Source: Myxococcota bacterium
GTDB lineage: Bacteria > Myxococcota_A > UBA9160 > SMWR01
Direction: 5' to 3'
Length of the DNA stretch: 64,000 bases
Assembly: GCA_035541475.1 (NCBI GenBank)
Contig: DATKND010000025.1
Coordinates: 4,377-68,376, forward strand
In this document: positions 44,294-54,590 of the stretch, piece after piece
Layout of the letters: every line of letters starts with the position of its first letter
Position numbering within the stretch: the first letter of the stretch is position 1
Translations under genes and position numbers: made by a program
The notes under the pieces: model-generated
Seen by the model: the letters and a program-made list of their open reading frames with translations, nothing else
Databases searched by the model: none
What the model was told of the DNA's origin: nothing

Positions 44294-44358
44294 GCCGGGC
44301 CTTCGCTCGGCTTCGCCTCGCTGCGCGTCGGCCGACTCGGTCGAGTCGGCCTCCTTGC
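44294..44358 (+). repeat. GC-rich intergenic repeat, copy R5 (long variant)
   Basis: GCCGGGCCTTCGCTCGGCTTCGCCTCGCTGCGCGTCGGCCGACTCG-GT-CGAGTCGGCCTCCTTGC. Fills the gap between convergent stops 44286 and 44358. Confidence 0.8.
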
Positions 44359-45302
44359 TAGAAGCGGTACTCGCCGCGCAGGCCGAGCGTCGGCGTCGTC
44401 TGGTAACCCTTGTCGAGCGTGTGGCCGCCGTTCTTGTCCTGGATCGTCAGATCGCCCGCCGCGAGGACGCCCGCAAAGCCTTCGAGCGAGAGCTGATCCA
44501 TCGGCCGGAAGGTCAGCCGCGCATAGACCGGAGCCCCGGTGTCCTCGCCAACGCCCTTGCTGTTGCCGTCGTGGTCGTCCATCCGGAAGCGGCGGCGCTG
44601 GTACTGCGCGCCGAGCCCGAGATCGACCTCCTTGGAGATGTTCCAGATCAGCTCGGGTCCGAGACCCGTGCGGCCGCCGAGGTCGGAGATGCCGAGCTTG
44701 AAGGTGAGCGGATCCGCGAAGTGCCAGCGCACGATCGGAATCGGGATCAAGCCGGGGTCGTCCTCGATCTGGCTCATGATGCCGAGCCCTGCGCCGAGGG
44801 TCAGATCCTTGTTCGGCGTCCACACGGCGCCTGCGAGACCGCCGCCCGTGAAGCCGTTGTTGAAGGCCGCCGCGCCTTCGCCCGAGAGCCGGAAGACCGG
44901 CCCCCCGATCAAGGTCCAGTGCTCGTTCATCTTGTAGTCGAGCAGACCGAGCAAGGTGTAGGTGTTGATGTTCTCCCAGCCCGCCGGCCGGATGTTGTCG
45001 GAGAAGTCGTAGGCGCCGAGCGAGTAGATGAAGCGCGGAGTGAAGCCGACGCTGTCGCTCAGCTTGAAGCGGCCCCCGATCGAGGCCTGGAAGTTGTCGA
45101 TCGATACGTTCGAGCCGCCGACGTTCTTGATGTGGCTCTCGAAGACGTGGTCGTAGCCGGCTCGGAGCGCGAAGTTGTGGTCGCTCGGCTCCTGGGGCTC
45201 CACTTCTTCGACGTCCACGGTCTGGGCCGCTGCGACGAGCGGCGCGGCGAGAGCCGCCACGGCGAAGAGCGACTGGACCCAACGATCGAAACGACGCGAC
45301 AT
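44358..45302 (-). CDS. Outer-membrane beta-barrel protein
   Basis: GGAGGG precedes ATG 45302. Signal peptide ...AALAAPLVAAAQT. Alternating-hydrophobicity strands. C-terminal GLRGEYRF ends in an aromatic residue. Confidence 0.75.
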   Translation of the reverse strand: MSRRFDRWVQSLFAVAALAAPLVAAAQTVDVEEVEPQEPSDHNFALRAGYDHVFESHIKNVGGSNVSIDNFQASIGGRFKLSDSVGFTPRFIYSLGAYDFSDNIRPAGWENINTYTLLGLLDYKMNEHWTLIGGPVFRLSGEGAAAFNNGFTGGGLAGAVWTPNKDLTLGAGLGIMSQIEDDPGLIPIPIVRWHFADPLTFKLGISDLGGRTGLGPELIWNISKEVDLGLGAQYQRRRFRMDDHDGNSKGVGEDTGAPVYARLTFRPMDQLSLEGFAGVLAAGDLTIQDKNGGHTLDKGYQTTPTLGLRGEYRF

Positions 45303-45430
45303 CGCGATCCCTCCGGTGGAAACGGGGCAGCCCCCGAGGCGGCGCACGGTAGTCGAGCGCGAGCGCGCCGTCTATGCGCGAATCGCCCCAGTCCGTGGCG
45401 GAGATGTCGCGAAATCCCGGCGCCGGCCGG

Positions 45431-45928
45431 CTAACTGCGCGACGTACCAGCCTCGCGCGTCATCTGCTCCGCGAGCGCGTTGAGGTCATCGGCGAGGTCG
45501 TGGAAAGCGAAGCCGCGGCGCAGCCGCACGCGCGCGGACAGATCGCCCGCGATCAGCGAGGCCAGCATGCGCCGGAAGGCAACCACCGGGCCGACCAGGC
45601 GGTGACACCAGATCAGCGTCATGAACGCGATCAGCACCGCGTACGCGACGGCGATCACCGCGGCGACGGTGAGGAAGTCGCTCGTCTGCGCGCGCAGCAA
45701 CGACTCGAGCGCGGGCGCCTCGGCGGCGTGCTGGAAGGCCTCGAACAAACGGCCGTAGGCGGCGCGCGCGTAGGCCGCGAGCCCGACGCCCACAGCGCCC
45801 GTCACGAGCAGGATCGCGATCGGCAGCTCGAGCTGGAGCGAGCGCTCGATCGAGAGGTTCATCGCGTGCCGGCGCCCCGGGCGCCGCGGCGTCGTGGAAG
45901 TCGTGGAGATCGCCGTGGCCTCGACCAT
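45431..45928 (-). CDS. Two-TM protein with a HAMP domain and no output domain
   Basis: GGAGGAAG precedes ATG 45928. Two TM helices are followed by HRLVGPVVAFRRMLASLIAGDLSARV...FHDLADDLNALAEQM (HAMP). The protein ends about 10 aa later. Confidence 0.65.
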   Translation of the reverse strand: MVEATAISTTSTTPRRPGRRHAMNLSIERSLQLELPIAILLVTGAVGVGLAAYARAAYGRLFEAFQHAAEAPALESLLRAQTSDFLTVAAVIAVAYAVLIAFMTLIWCHRLVGPVVAFRRMLASLIAGDLSARVRLRRGFAFHDLADDLNALAEQMTREAGTSRS

Positions 45929-46102
45929 CGCTTCCTCCTGTCGTCGCACTCTCTTCGGCAGAACCGCCTCGCGGGCGTAGCCAACGGGCGCAGCGACGCC
46001 CGCTCGAGGCAGGTCGCTCGAGGCCGGGCGGCGGCCTACGGTACGCGGCCGTCGCGCGGCCGGACTGCTCGCTCGCGTCGGGCGCGCGCAGAGGAGACGC
46101 AG

Positions 46103-46861
46103 ATGAGCGGCGGGTCGAGGCTGGAGGGCAGGCGCGCGCTGGTGACGGGCGGATCGCGCGGCATCGGGCGCGCGATCGCGTTGGCCTTCGCAGCGGAGGG
46201 CGCGGACGTCGCGATCGGCTATCGCCGCGAGCACGAGTCCGCGCAGCAGACCGTCGACGCGCTGTGCGCGCGCGGCCGCAAGGCCTTCGCGAAGGCGGCC
46301 GACGTGCGCGACGCCGTCGCCGTGCGCGCGCTCGTGGCGGAGAGCCGCGACGCGCTCGGCGGTCTCGACATCGTCGTCGCGAACGCGGGTGTGCCGACGC
46401 GCTTCGAGCCGCTCGAGCAGGTCGACCCTTCCTACTGGCAGCGCGTCATCGACATCGACCTGCACGGCGTCTTCCACACCTTGCACGCGGCGCTTCCGAT
46501 CTTGCAGGCGCAGGGCCACGGCGTGGTCCTCACGGTCTCGTCGGTGGCGGCCGACCTGTGCGGGCCCTTCGGCGGTCCGTACGTCGCGGCGAAGGCGGCG
46601 GTCAACGCGCTCACGCGCGTGATCGCGCGCGAGAACGCGGCGAAGGGGATCCGCTGCAACGTGATTGCGCCCGGTCTGATCGCGACCGACATCGCCGACG
46701 GCATGGTCGCCTATCACGGCGACGCGCTCGTGAAGGCGATCCCGATGCGGCGTATGGGCAGCGCCGACGAGGTGGCGCGGCTCGCCGTATACCTGGCGTC
46801 GGACGACGCCGTGTGGATCACGGGAAAGATCTTTCGCATCGACGGCGGGCAATTCATATGA
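46103..46861 (+). CDS. SDR family oxidoreductase (FabG-like)
   Basis: GAGGAG precedes ATG 46103. LVTGGSRGIGRA, NAGV and YVAAKAA motifs are present. Confidence 0.88.
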   Translation: MSGGSRLEGRRALVTGGSRGIGRAIALAFAAEGADVAIGYRREHESAQQTVDALCARGRKAFAKAADVRDAVAVRALVAESRDALGGLDIVVANAGVPTRFEPLEQVDPSYWQRVIDIDLHGVFHTLHAALPILQAQGHGVVLTVSSVAADLCGPFGGPYVAAKAAVNALTRVIARENAAKGIRCNVIAPGLIATDIADGMVAYHGDALVKAIPMRRMGSADEVARLAVYLASDDAVWITGKIFRIDGGQFI

Positions 46862-46864
46862 CGT

Positions 46865-46930
46865 GAGGCGGAGCAGAGGCCGCCCTGCGGCGGCCATCTG
46901 TTCCTCCTCGGGCGCACTCTGCTCCGCCTC
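46865..46930 (+). terminator. Nested inverted repeat after the FabG-like gene
   Basis: The outer 14-bp perfect arms are GAGGCGGAGCAGAG and CTCTGCTCCGCCTC. They enclose the inner hairpin GGCCGCC-CTGC-GGCGGCC. It starts 4 nt after the stop. Confidence 0.5.
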
Positions 46931-46944
46931 GGCGGGTCCCCGAC

Positions 46945-46974
46945 TTGACCCTTGGACGCTTTTCGCTCTAGATT
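46945..46974 (+). promoter_or_regulatory. Sigma-70-like promoter for the intein-containing radical SAM gene
   Basis: TTGACC, an 18-nt spacer, then TAGATT. The -10 element ends 9 nt before ATG 46984, and there is no SD in between. Confidence 0.4.
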
Positions 46975-46983
46975 CGCCTCGTA

Positions 46984-49077
46984 ATGGAGCCTCCCGACCG
47001 CCCGCCGACGCCTCGCGGGCGGCTGATCGCGCGCGGCTCCGCGGACAACCCGGCCAACCGATTCGAGCGCCTGCGCGTCGTCGCCGACGCAGAGATCGAG
47101 CCGCCGCGCGACGACGACACGGGCGAGCCGGCACCCGTCCCGACGCTCTACCTGCGCGATCCCACTCGCACCCTGCTCGCGCACAACGACAGCCCCGACC
47201 TCGGCTTCGACACGAGCCTGAATCCGTACCGCGGGTGCTCCCACGGCTGCTCGTATTGCCTGGATCCCAAGACGCCCGTGCTCTACGCCGACTTCATCTG
47301 GCGCCCGCTCGGGAACGTCCAGGTGGGCGACGTGCTCGCCGGGTTCGACGAGCATGCGCCGCCGGGCGTGTATCGGAAGCTGCGACCGGCGCGGGTCGAG
47401 GCGGTGTGGTGGTCGCGCAAGCCCACCCTGCGGTTGATCACGCGCAACACCGAGGTGCGAACGACGGCCGAGCACCGCTGGCTGCAGGGCCGCATGTTCC
47501 GATGGTCGCGCACCGACCGGCTCGCGCCGGGCCGCAAGTTGCGCCACATGCCGATCGTCGCGAGCGAGATCGAGGACGACGACTACCGCGCTGGCTATCT
47601 CGCCGGTCTCTCGCTCGGCGACGGAACTTTCCGCTACCAGCCCGGCGGGCGCAGCGACAAGAAGGGATTTCCCGCGGCGTACTGGCGCGTCGCGACGATC
47701 GACCGCGAGCCGCTCGAGAGAATCGTCGCGTACCTCGAGCAACTCTCGATCTCTGCATGGATCCGGCCGTTCGATGCCGGAGTGCGGACGACATCGCCGA
47801 TGTGGAAGGTGGAGATCCGGTCGCTCGCGAAGCTCGAGATCGTGAGCAAGCTGCTCTTCGTCGAACGAGAGAGCCGAAGCTATCGCCGCGGCTTCGTCGC
47901 AGGCTTCTTCGATGCGGAGGGTCACAACGGGACCTCGCTCCGCATGTCGCAGGTCGACCTGTCGGTGCTCGAACGCGTGACCGCCTACGCCCGTTCCCTC
48001 GGCTTCGAGCTCGGTCTGGAGCGACGCGACGGAAGAGCCAGCACGCTTCGTCTGCCCGGCTGGCTGACCGATCGCATCCGGTTCTTCTCGGTGCTCCAGC
48101 CCGCCATCCGTCGCAAGCGCGAGGCGCTATTCGGGCGCGTGCCGTTCCTCGACCCCGAGCCGATCGAGGCGATCGAGCGGGGCCCGACGAGCGAGGTCGT
48201 GGACATCCAGACCTCGACCGGGACGTTCTATGCTGGAGGCCTCTCGACGCATAACTGTTTCGCACGACCCACCCACGAGTACCTCGGCTTCTCCGCCGGT
48301 CTCGACTTCGAGACGCGCATCCTCGTCAAGGAGGACGCGCCCGAGCTGCTCCGTCGGGCGCTCTCCTCGCCGCGCTGGGAGCCGCGCGTGGTGGCGCTCT
48401 CGGGTGTCACCGACGCCTATCAACCCGTCGAGGCGAAGCTGCGCCTCACCCGCCGCTGCCTCGAGGTCTTCGCCGAGTTCCGGAACCCCGTCACGATCAT
48501 CACGAAGAGCGCGCTCGTCGCGCGCGATGCCGATCTGCTCGCGGAGCTCGCGCGCCACCACGCCGCGTCGGTGCACATCTCCGTGACGAGCCTCGACGAC
48601 TCGCTGCGCCGCGTCCTCGAACCGCGCGCCTCGTCGCCGCGCAGCCGACTTGCGGCGATCGAGACGCTGGCGGCGGCCGGCGTGCCGGTCGGCGTGATCT
48701 GCGCGCCGGTGATCCCCGCCGTGAACGACTCCGAGATCCCGGCGGTCCTCGACGCCGCGGCGAGGGCCGGCGCGCGCGGGGCCGGCTGGGTGATGCTGCG
48801 GCTGCCCCACGGCCTGAAGGAGCTCTTCGAGTCCTGGCTCGAGCGTCACTTCCCGGAGCGCAAGGAGCGCGTGTTGTCGCTCCTCCGCGAGGCGGGCGGC
48901 GGCGCGCTCTACGACTCGCGCTTCCACACGCGGCAGCGAGGCAGCGGTGTCTACGCCGAGCAGATTCGGTCGCTCTTCGAGCTCGCTCGGCGTCGCGCGG
49001 GGCTCGCGAACGAGCGCACTCCGCTCTCCACCGCCGCGTTTCGCCGGCCGGCATCGGCGCAACTCCCGCTGCTCTGA
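46984..49077 (+). CDS. PA0069/SplB-like (COG1533) radical SAM protein, interrupted by an intein
   Basis: N-extein: RGSADNPANRF...NDSPDLGFDTSLNPYRGCSHGCSY. C-extein: CFARPTHEYLGFSAGLDFETRILVK... Joined, they give the family motif GCxHGCxYC(F/Y)ARP. The spliced length of 364 aa is typical of the family. Confidence 0.88.
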   Translation: MEPPDRPPTPRGRLIARGSADNPANRFERLRVVADAEIEPPRDDDTGEPAPVPTLYLRDPTRTLLAHNDSPDLGFDTSLNPYRGCSHGCSYCLDPKTPVLYADFIWRPLGNVQVGDVLAGFDEHAPPGVYRKLRPARVEAVWWSRKPTLRLITRNTEVRTTAEHRWLQGRMFRWSRTDRLAPGRKLRHMPIVASEIEDDDYRAGYLAGLSLGDGTFRYQPGGRSDKKGFPAAYWRVATIDREPLERIVAYLEQLSISAWIRPFDAGVRTTSPMWKVEIRSLAKLEIVSKLLFVERESRSYRRGFVAGFFDAEGHNGTSLRMSQVDLSVLERVTAYARSLGFELGLERRDGRASTLRLPGWLTDRIRFFSVLQPAIRRKREALFGRVPFLDPEPIEAIERGPTSEVVDIQTSTGTFYAGGLSTHNCFARPTHEYLGFSAGLDFETRILVKEDAPELLRRALSSPRWEPRVVALSGVTDAYQPVEAKLRLTRRCLEVFAEFRNPVTIITKSALVARDADLLAELARHHAASVHISVTSLDDSLRRVLEPRASSPRSRLAAIETLAAAGVPVGVICAPVIPAVNDSEIPAVLDAAARAGARGAGWVMLRLPHGLKELFESWLERHFPERKERVLSLLREAGGGALYDSRFHTRQRGSGVYAEQIRSLFELARRRAGLANERTPLSTAAFRRPASAQLPLL
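47257..48255 (+). mobile_element. Intein (333 aa) with LAGLIDADG homing endonuclease domain
   Basis: Block A CLDPKTPV (Cys1). Block B TTAEHRWL. LAGLIDADG motifs YLAGLSLGDG (47596-47625) and FVAGFFDAEGH (47893-47925). Block F VVDIQTSTGTFYAGG. Block G LSTHN followed by a +1 Cys. Confidence 0.88.
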
Positions 49078-49162
49078 CTCCGCTCCGCGACCCTGCTACC
49101 GTGCGCGCGTGCCGCGAGTCGACGTTGCCTCTGGCGCGTATCGTCACCGGACGGCGTAGCCG

Positions 49163-51140
<1,978 letters not shown>

Positions 51141-51147
51141 GGAGCGC

Positions 51148-52383
51148 ATGGCGAAGCTGTTCATCGAGGATCTCGACCTGCGCGGGAAGCGCGTGCTCAT
51201 GCGCGTCGACTTCAACGTGCCGACGAAGGACGGCCGGGTCGAGAACGACAAGCGCCTGCGCGCGTCGCTGCCCTCGATCCGCTACGCGCTCGAGCGCGGC
51301 GCGAGCCTCGTGCTGATGAGCCACCTCGGCCGGCCCGACGGCAAGAAGGTCGCGAAGTACTCGCTGCGGCCGGTGGCGGAGCAGCTCTCCCTGCTGCTCG
51401 GCCGACCGGTGAAGTTCCTCGAGGACTGCGTCGGCCCCGACGTCGAGAAGAGCTGCGCCGCGCTGAAACCGGGTGAGGTCGCGCTGCTCGAGAACCTGCG
51501 CTTCCACATCGAGGAGGAGGGCAAGGTCAAGCAGAAGGACGGCACGTCGGTAAAGGCCGATCCGGAGGCGTTGAAGGCCTTCCGCGCGTCGCTCTCGAAG
51601 CTCGGCGACGTCTACGTGAACGACGCCTTCGGGACCGCGCACCGGGCGCACTCGTCGATGACGGGCATCTCGCTCGCGCAACGCGCCGCGGGCTACCTGA
51701 TGAAGCGGGAGCTCGACTTCCTCGGCGACGCGGTCGAGAAGCCGCAGCGACCGTTCGTCGCGATCCTCGGCGGCGCCAAGGTCTCCGGAAAGATCGACGT
51801 GATCTCCGCGCTGCTGCCGAAGGTCGATACGCTCCTGATCGGCGGCGGGATGGCCTTCACGTTCTACAAGGCGATGGGCAAGCCGATCGGCCGTTCGCTC
51901 GTCGAGGACGACCGCATCGAGATGGCGCGCGAGCTGCTCGCGCGCGCGGGCGACAAGCTGGTGCTGCCGGTCGATGTCGTCGTCACCGACGCGCTCGATC
52001 TCGAGGCGCGCAAAGTCGGAACCTTGCGGACGCTGGCCTGGGACCGGATCGGACCGACCGACATCGGCGTCGACATCGGCGAGGCGACGCGCGCGAAGTT
52101 CGCGGACCTCGTGAGGCGCGCGAAGACGGTGGTGTGGAACGGTCCGATGGGCGTCTTCGAGATCGAGGCTACGGCACGCGGGACGCTCGCGGTCGCGAGC
52201 GCGCTCGCCGACGCGACTGCACACGGCGCGGTGACGGTGGTCGGCGGCGGCGACTCGGTATCCGCGATCGAGCAGGCGGGGCTCGCCGAGAAGGTGACCC
52301 ACGTCTCCACCGGCGGAGGCGCCTCGCTCGAGTTCCTCGAGGGCAAGGATCTGCCCGGCGTCCGCTATCTCAGCGAGAAATAG
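51148..52383 (+). CDS. pgk: Phosphoglycerate kinase
   Basis: GGAG is upstream. RVDFNVP, SHLGRP and FGTAHRAH motifs are present. Confidence 0.95.
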   Translation: MAKLFIEDLDLRGKRVLMRVDFNVPTKDGRVENDKRLRASLPSIRYALERGASLVLMSHLGRPDGKKVAKYSLRPVAEQLSLLLGRPVKFLEDCVGPDVEKSCAALKPGEVALLENLRFHIEEEGKVKQKDGTSVKADPEALKAFRASLSKLGDVYVNDAFGTAHRAHSSMTGISLAQRAAGYLMKRELDFLGDAVEKPQRPFVAILGGAKVSGKIDVISALLPKVDTLLIGGGMAFTFYKAMGKPIGRSLVEDDRIEMARELLARAGDKLVLPVDVVVTDALDLEARKVGTLRTLAWDRIGPTDIGVDIGEATRAKFADLVRRAKTVVWNGPMGVFEIEATARGTLAVASALADATAHGAVTVVGGGDSVSAIEQAGLAEKVTHVSTGGGASLEFLEGKDLPGVRYLSEK

Positions 52384-52424
52384 CCGCAGGGCCGCTCCGC
52401 GCGGTCGTCGGCGCAGGAGTTTCC

Positions 52425-53480
52425 ATGAAGGCGCTGGTGTATCGAGGACCCGGCAAGAAGGCCTGGGAGGACGTCCCGCCGCCGCGCATCCGCCGCCCCA
52501 CCGACGCGGTCGTCCGGATCGACACGACGACGATCTGCGGAACCGACCTCCACATCCTGAAGGGCGACGTCCCGGCGGTGACACCGGGGCGCGTCCTCGG
52601 ACACGAGGGGGTCGGCGTCGTCACGGAGGCCGGGAGCGAGGTGACGTCGTTTCGCGTCGGGGACCGCGTGCTCGTCTCCTGCATCAAGTCGTGCGGGCGC
52701 TGCCCCTTCTGCAAGCAGTCGCTCCAGTCGCACTGCCTCGGAGACGAGGGCGCGGCGGGCATCGGCTGGATCTTCGGCCACCTGATCGACGGCACGCAGG
52801 CCGAGTTCGTGCGCGTCCCGTATGCCGACACGTCGCTCCACGCGGTGCCTCCGAACGTCAGCAACCGGCAGGCCGTGATGCTCTCCGACATCCTGCCGAC
52901 CGGATTCGAGATCGGCGTGCAGTACGGGCGGACGAAGCCGGGCGACGTGGTCGCCGTCATCGGTGCGGGCCCGATCGGACTCTCGGTGATGATGACGGCG
53001 GGGCTCTATGGCGCTTCGAAGATCATCGCGATCGATCTCGACGAGAACCGCATCGAGCAGGCGCGGCGATTCGGCGCGACCGCCGGCGTGCGCGCTTCGG
53101 ATGCGGATTGGAAGAAGAAGGTGCTGGCGATGACCGACGGCCTCGGCGTCGACGTCGCGGTCGAAGCGGTCGGCGTTCCCTCAACGTTCGAGATGGCGAC
53201 CGAGATCGTGCGCCCCGGCGGCCACGTCGCGAACGTCGGAGTCCACGGTAAGCCGGCCACGCTGCGGCTGCAGGACCTGTGGATCCAGAACATCACCATC
53301 AGCACGGGTCTCGTGAACACCAACACGACGCCGATGCTCCTTCGTCTCGTCGCCGAGGGCCGGCTCGACGTGGAGAAGTTCGCGAGCCACCACTTCGCGC
53401 TCGACGACATGCTCGCCGCCTACGACACCTTCGGGCGCGCCGCGGAGACGAAGGCGCTGAAGGTCGTCATCGAGCGCTAG
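52425..53480 (+). CDS. Zinc-dependent alcohol dehydrogenase family protein
   Basis: AGGAG is upstream. ICGTDLH, GHEGVG, structural-zinc Cys cluster C..CGRC..C and GAGPIG Rossmann motif are present. Confidence 0.9.
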   Translation: MKALVYRGPGKKAWEDVPPPRIRRPTDAVVRIDTTTICGTDLHILKGDVPAVTPGRVLGHEGVGVVTEAGSEVTSFRVGDRVLVSCIKSCGRCPFCKQSLQSHCLGDEGAAGIGWIFGHLIDGTQAEFVRVPYADTSLHAVPPNVSNRQAVMLSDILPTGFEIGVQYGRTKPGDVVAVIGAGPIGLSVMMTAGLYGASKIIAIDLDENRIEQARRFGATAGVRASDADWKKKVLAMTDGLGVDVAVEAVGVPSTFEMATEIVRPGGHVANVGVHGKPATLRLQDLWIQNITISTGLVNTNTTPMLLRLVAEGRLDVEKFASHHFALDDMLAAYDTFGRAAETKALKVVIER

Positions 53481-53513
53481 GAGGCTCGGCGACCGAGCGA
53501 AGGAGACCTCGCC

Positions 53514-54008
53514 ATGCCGCATCCTCGAATCGCCCGCGCTCTGCCCGCGCTCGTCCTCGTCGCGTCGCTCCTTGCGCCGAGCGCGCGAGCCGAGCTCACT
53601 ACCTGGGACCAGGCGCAGGTCACCGCGCTCGGGAAGGAGTTGGTTCAGGCCACCAACGCGCTGTACGAGACCTTCCGGAAGCAGCCGCCGCCGTCGGTCG
53701 GATCGATGCAGGGCGATTCCTACCAGCGGCTCAAGCAGTTCGTGCGGCTGCTCCACGTCGTGTCGCAGGAGTTCGCGGGGTCGCTCGAGAAGGGCGAGGG
53801 ACGGGTGGAGACGCTCACCATCTTCGACAACCTGATGCAGCTCGCGCGCAGCGCCCGTGACGAGGCCGCCAGGGTCTTCGTCGCGCACGACGTCTCGGAG
53901 CGGGCGTCCGCGGTGCGCCAGGTGCTGAACCGGCTCGGTCCCTACTACGACCCCGACTTCCCCATTCTCGCTCCGCATCCGAACATCGAGCCCGGCGCGG
54001 CGCGATAG
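53514..54008 (+). CDS. Secreted hypothetical protein
   Basis: AAGGAG is upstream. Signal peptide ...LVLVASLLAPSARA. Helical body with no recognisable domain. Confidence 0.65.
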   Translation: MPHPRIARALPALVLVASLLAPSARAELTTWDQAQVTALGKELVQATNALYETFRKQPPPSVGSMQGDSYQRLKQFVRLLHVVSQEFAGSLEKGEGRVETLTIFDNLMQLARSARDEAARVFVAHDVSERASAVRQVLNRLGPYYDPDFPILAPHPNIEPGAAR

Positions 54009-54439
54009 TGACCGCCCCCGTTGGCCGCGGGCTGCAGCGAGCCCGACTGCGGTGAGCCATCTGGCCGACCTTGGAGATGGGCCCGGTTCACTGGACTCTA
54101 CGCGGATCCCGCTCGACCGGCTGACCTTGATTCGCTGGCGCCGCGTCGTCACGGACGTCATGCGCTCCGAGGTCGGCGGTCGCGTGAAGCTGATGTTAGG
54201 CGCGCTGTTCGCGCTGCCGCTCGCGGTCAACGGACTGAACGCATCCTCACCAGGGATGGGCCCCGTCGCCACGGGCGTCGTGATGCGTCCGTCGGCGTTC
54301 ATCCTCCTTGGCATCGGCGTCTAGATCTGCTGGAACGGCGCCCATGCGCTGCTGGCGAGCGCCTTCCGGGGCGCGATTCGATGGCGCTGCGTTGCACATG
54401 CCATCGTCACTCCGGCGAGGAGGGAAATCAGGACGCTGG

Positions 54440-54458
54440 GCGGAGAGGACGGGATTCG
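54440..54458 (-). other. tRNA-Ser 3'-end-like fragment (T-loop to discriminator), no full tRNA
   Basis: The minus strand reads TCGAATCCCGTCCTCTCCG, which is a T-loop, a T-stem 3' strand, an acceptor 3' strand complementary to GGAGAGG, and G73. The 5' T-stem strand does not pair, and no D or anticodon arm or 5' acceptor is found upstream. Confidence 0.35.
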
Positions 54459-54590
54459 AGCCGCAGGCTCGCTCCCCAACGAGCTACCGTGGTCGCGATC
54501 CGCGAGCCGACACCAGGAAGGCGCCACCGGAGTCGCGTACGACTTCACGCTGACTCAGCCGGCTCTCGGCAGGTTGAAGGAGTGAGAGCT

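Noticed and set aside
53181-54314. 377-aa minus-strand ORF with AAGGAGG next to an internal ATG at about 54300.
   Set aside because: The SD abuts the ATG with no spacer. The product is Ser/Arg/Thr-rich without structure. It runs antisense through the well-supported secreted-protein gene at 53514-54008.
54437-54560. Possible complete tRNA (Ser or Sec) or tmRNA 3' domain on the minus strand.
   Set aside because: Only the T-loop to acceptor 3' strand is recognisable. The 5' T-stem strand (TGCGG) does not pair with CCCGT. No GGAGAGG 5' acceptor, D-arm or anticodon arm could be found within 130 nt. It is kept only as a fragment.
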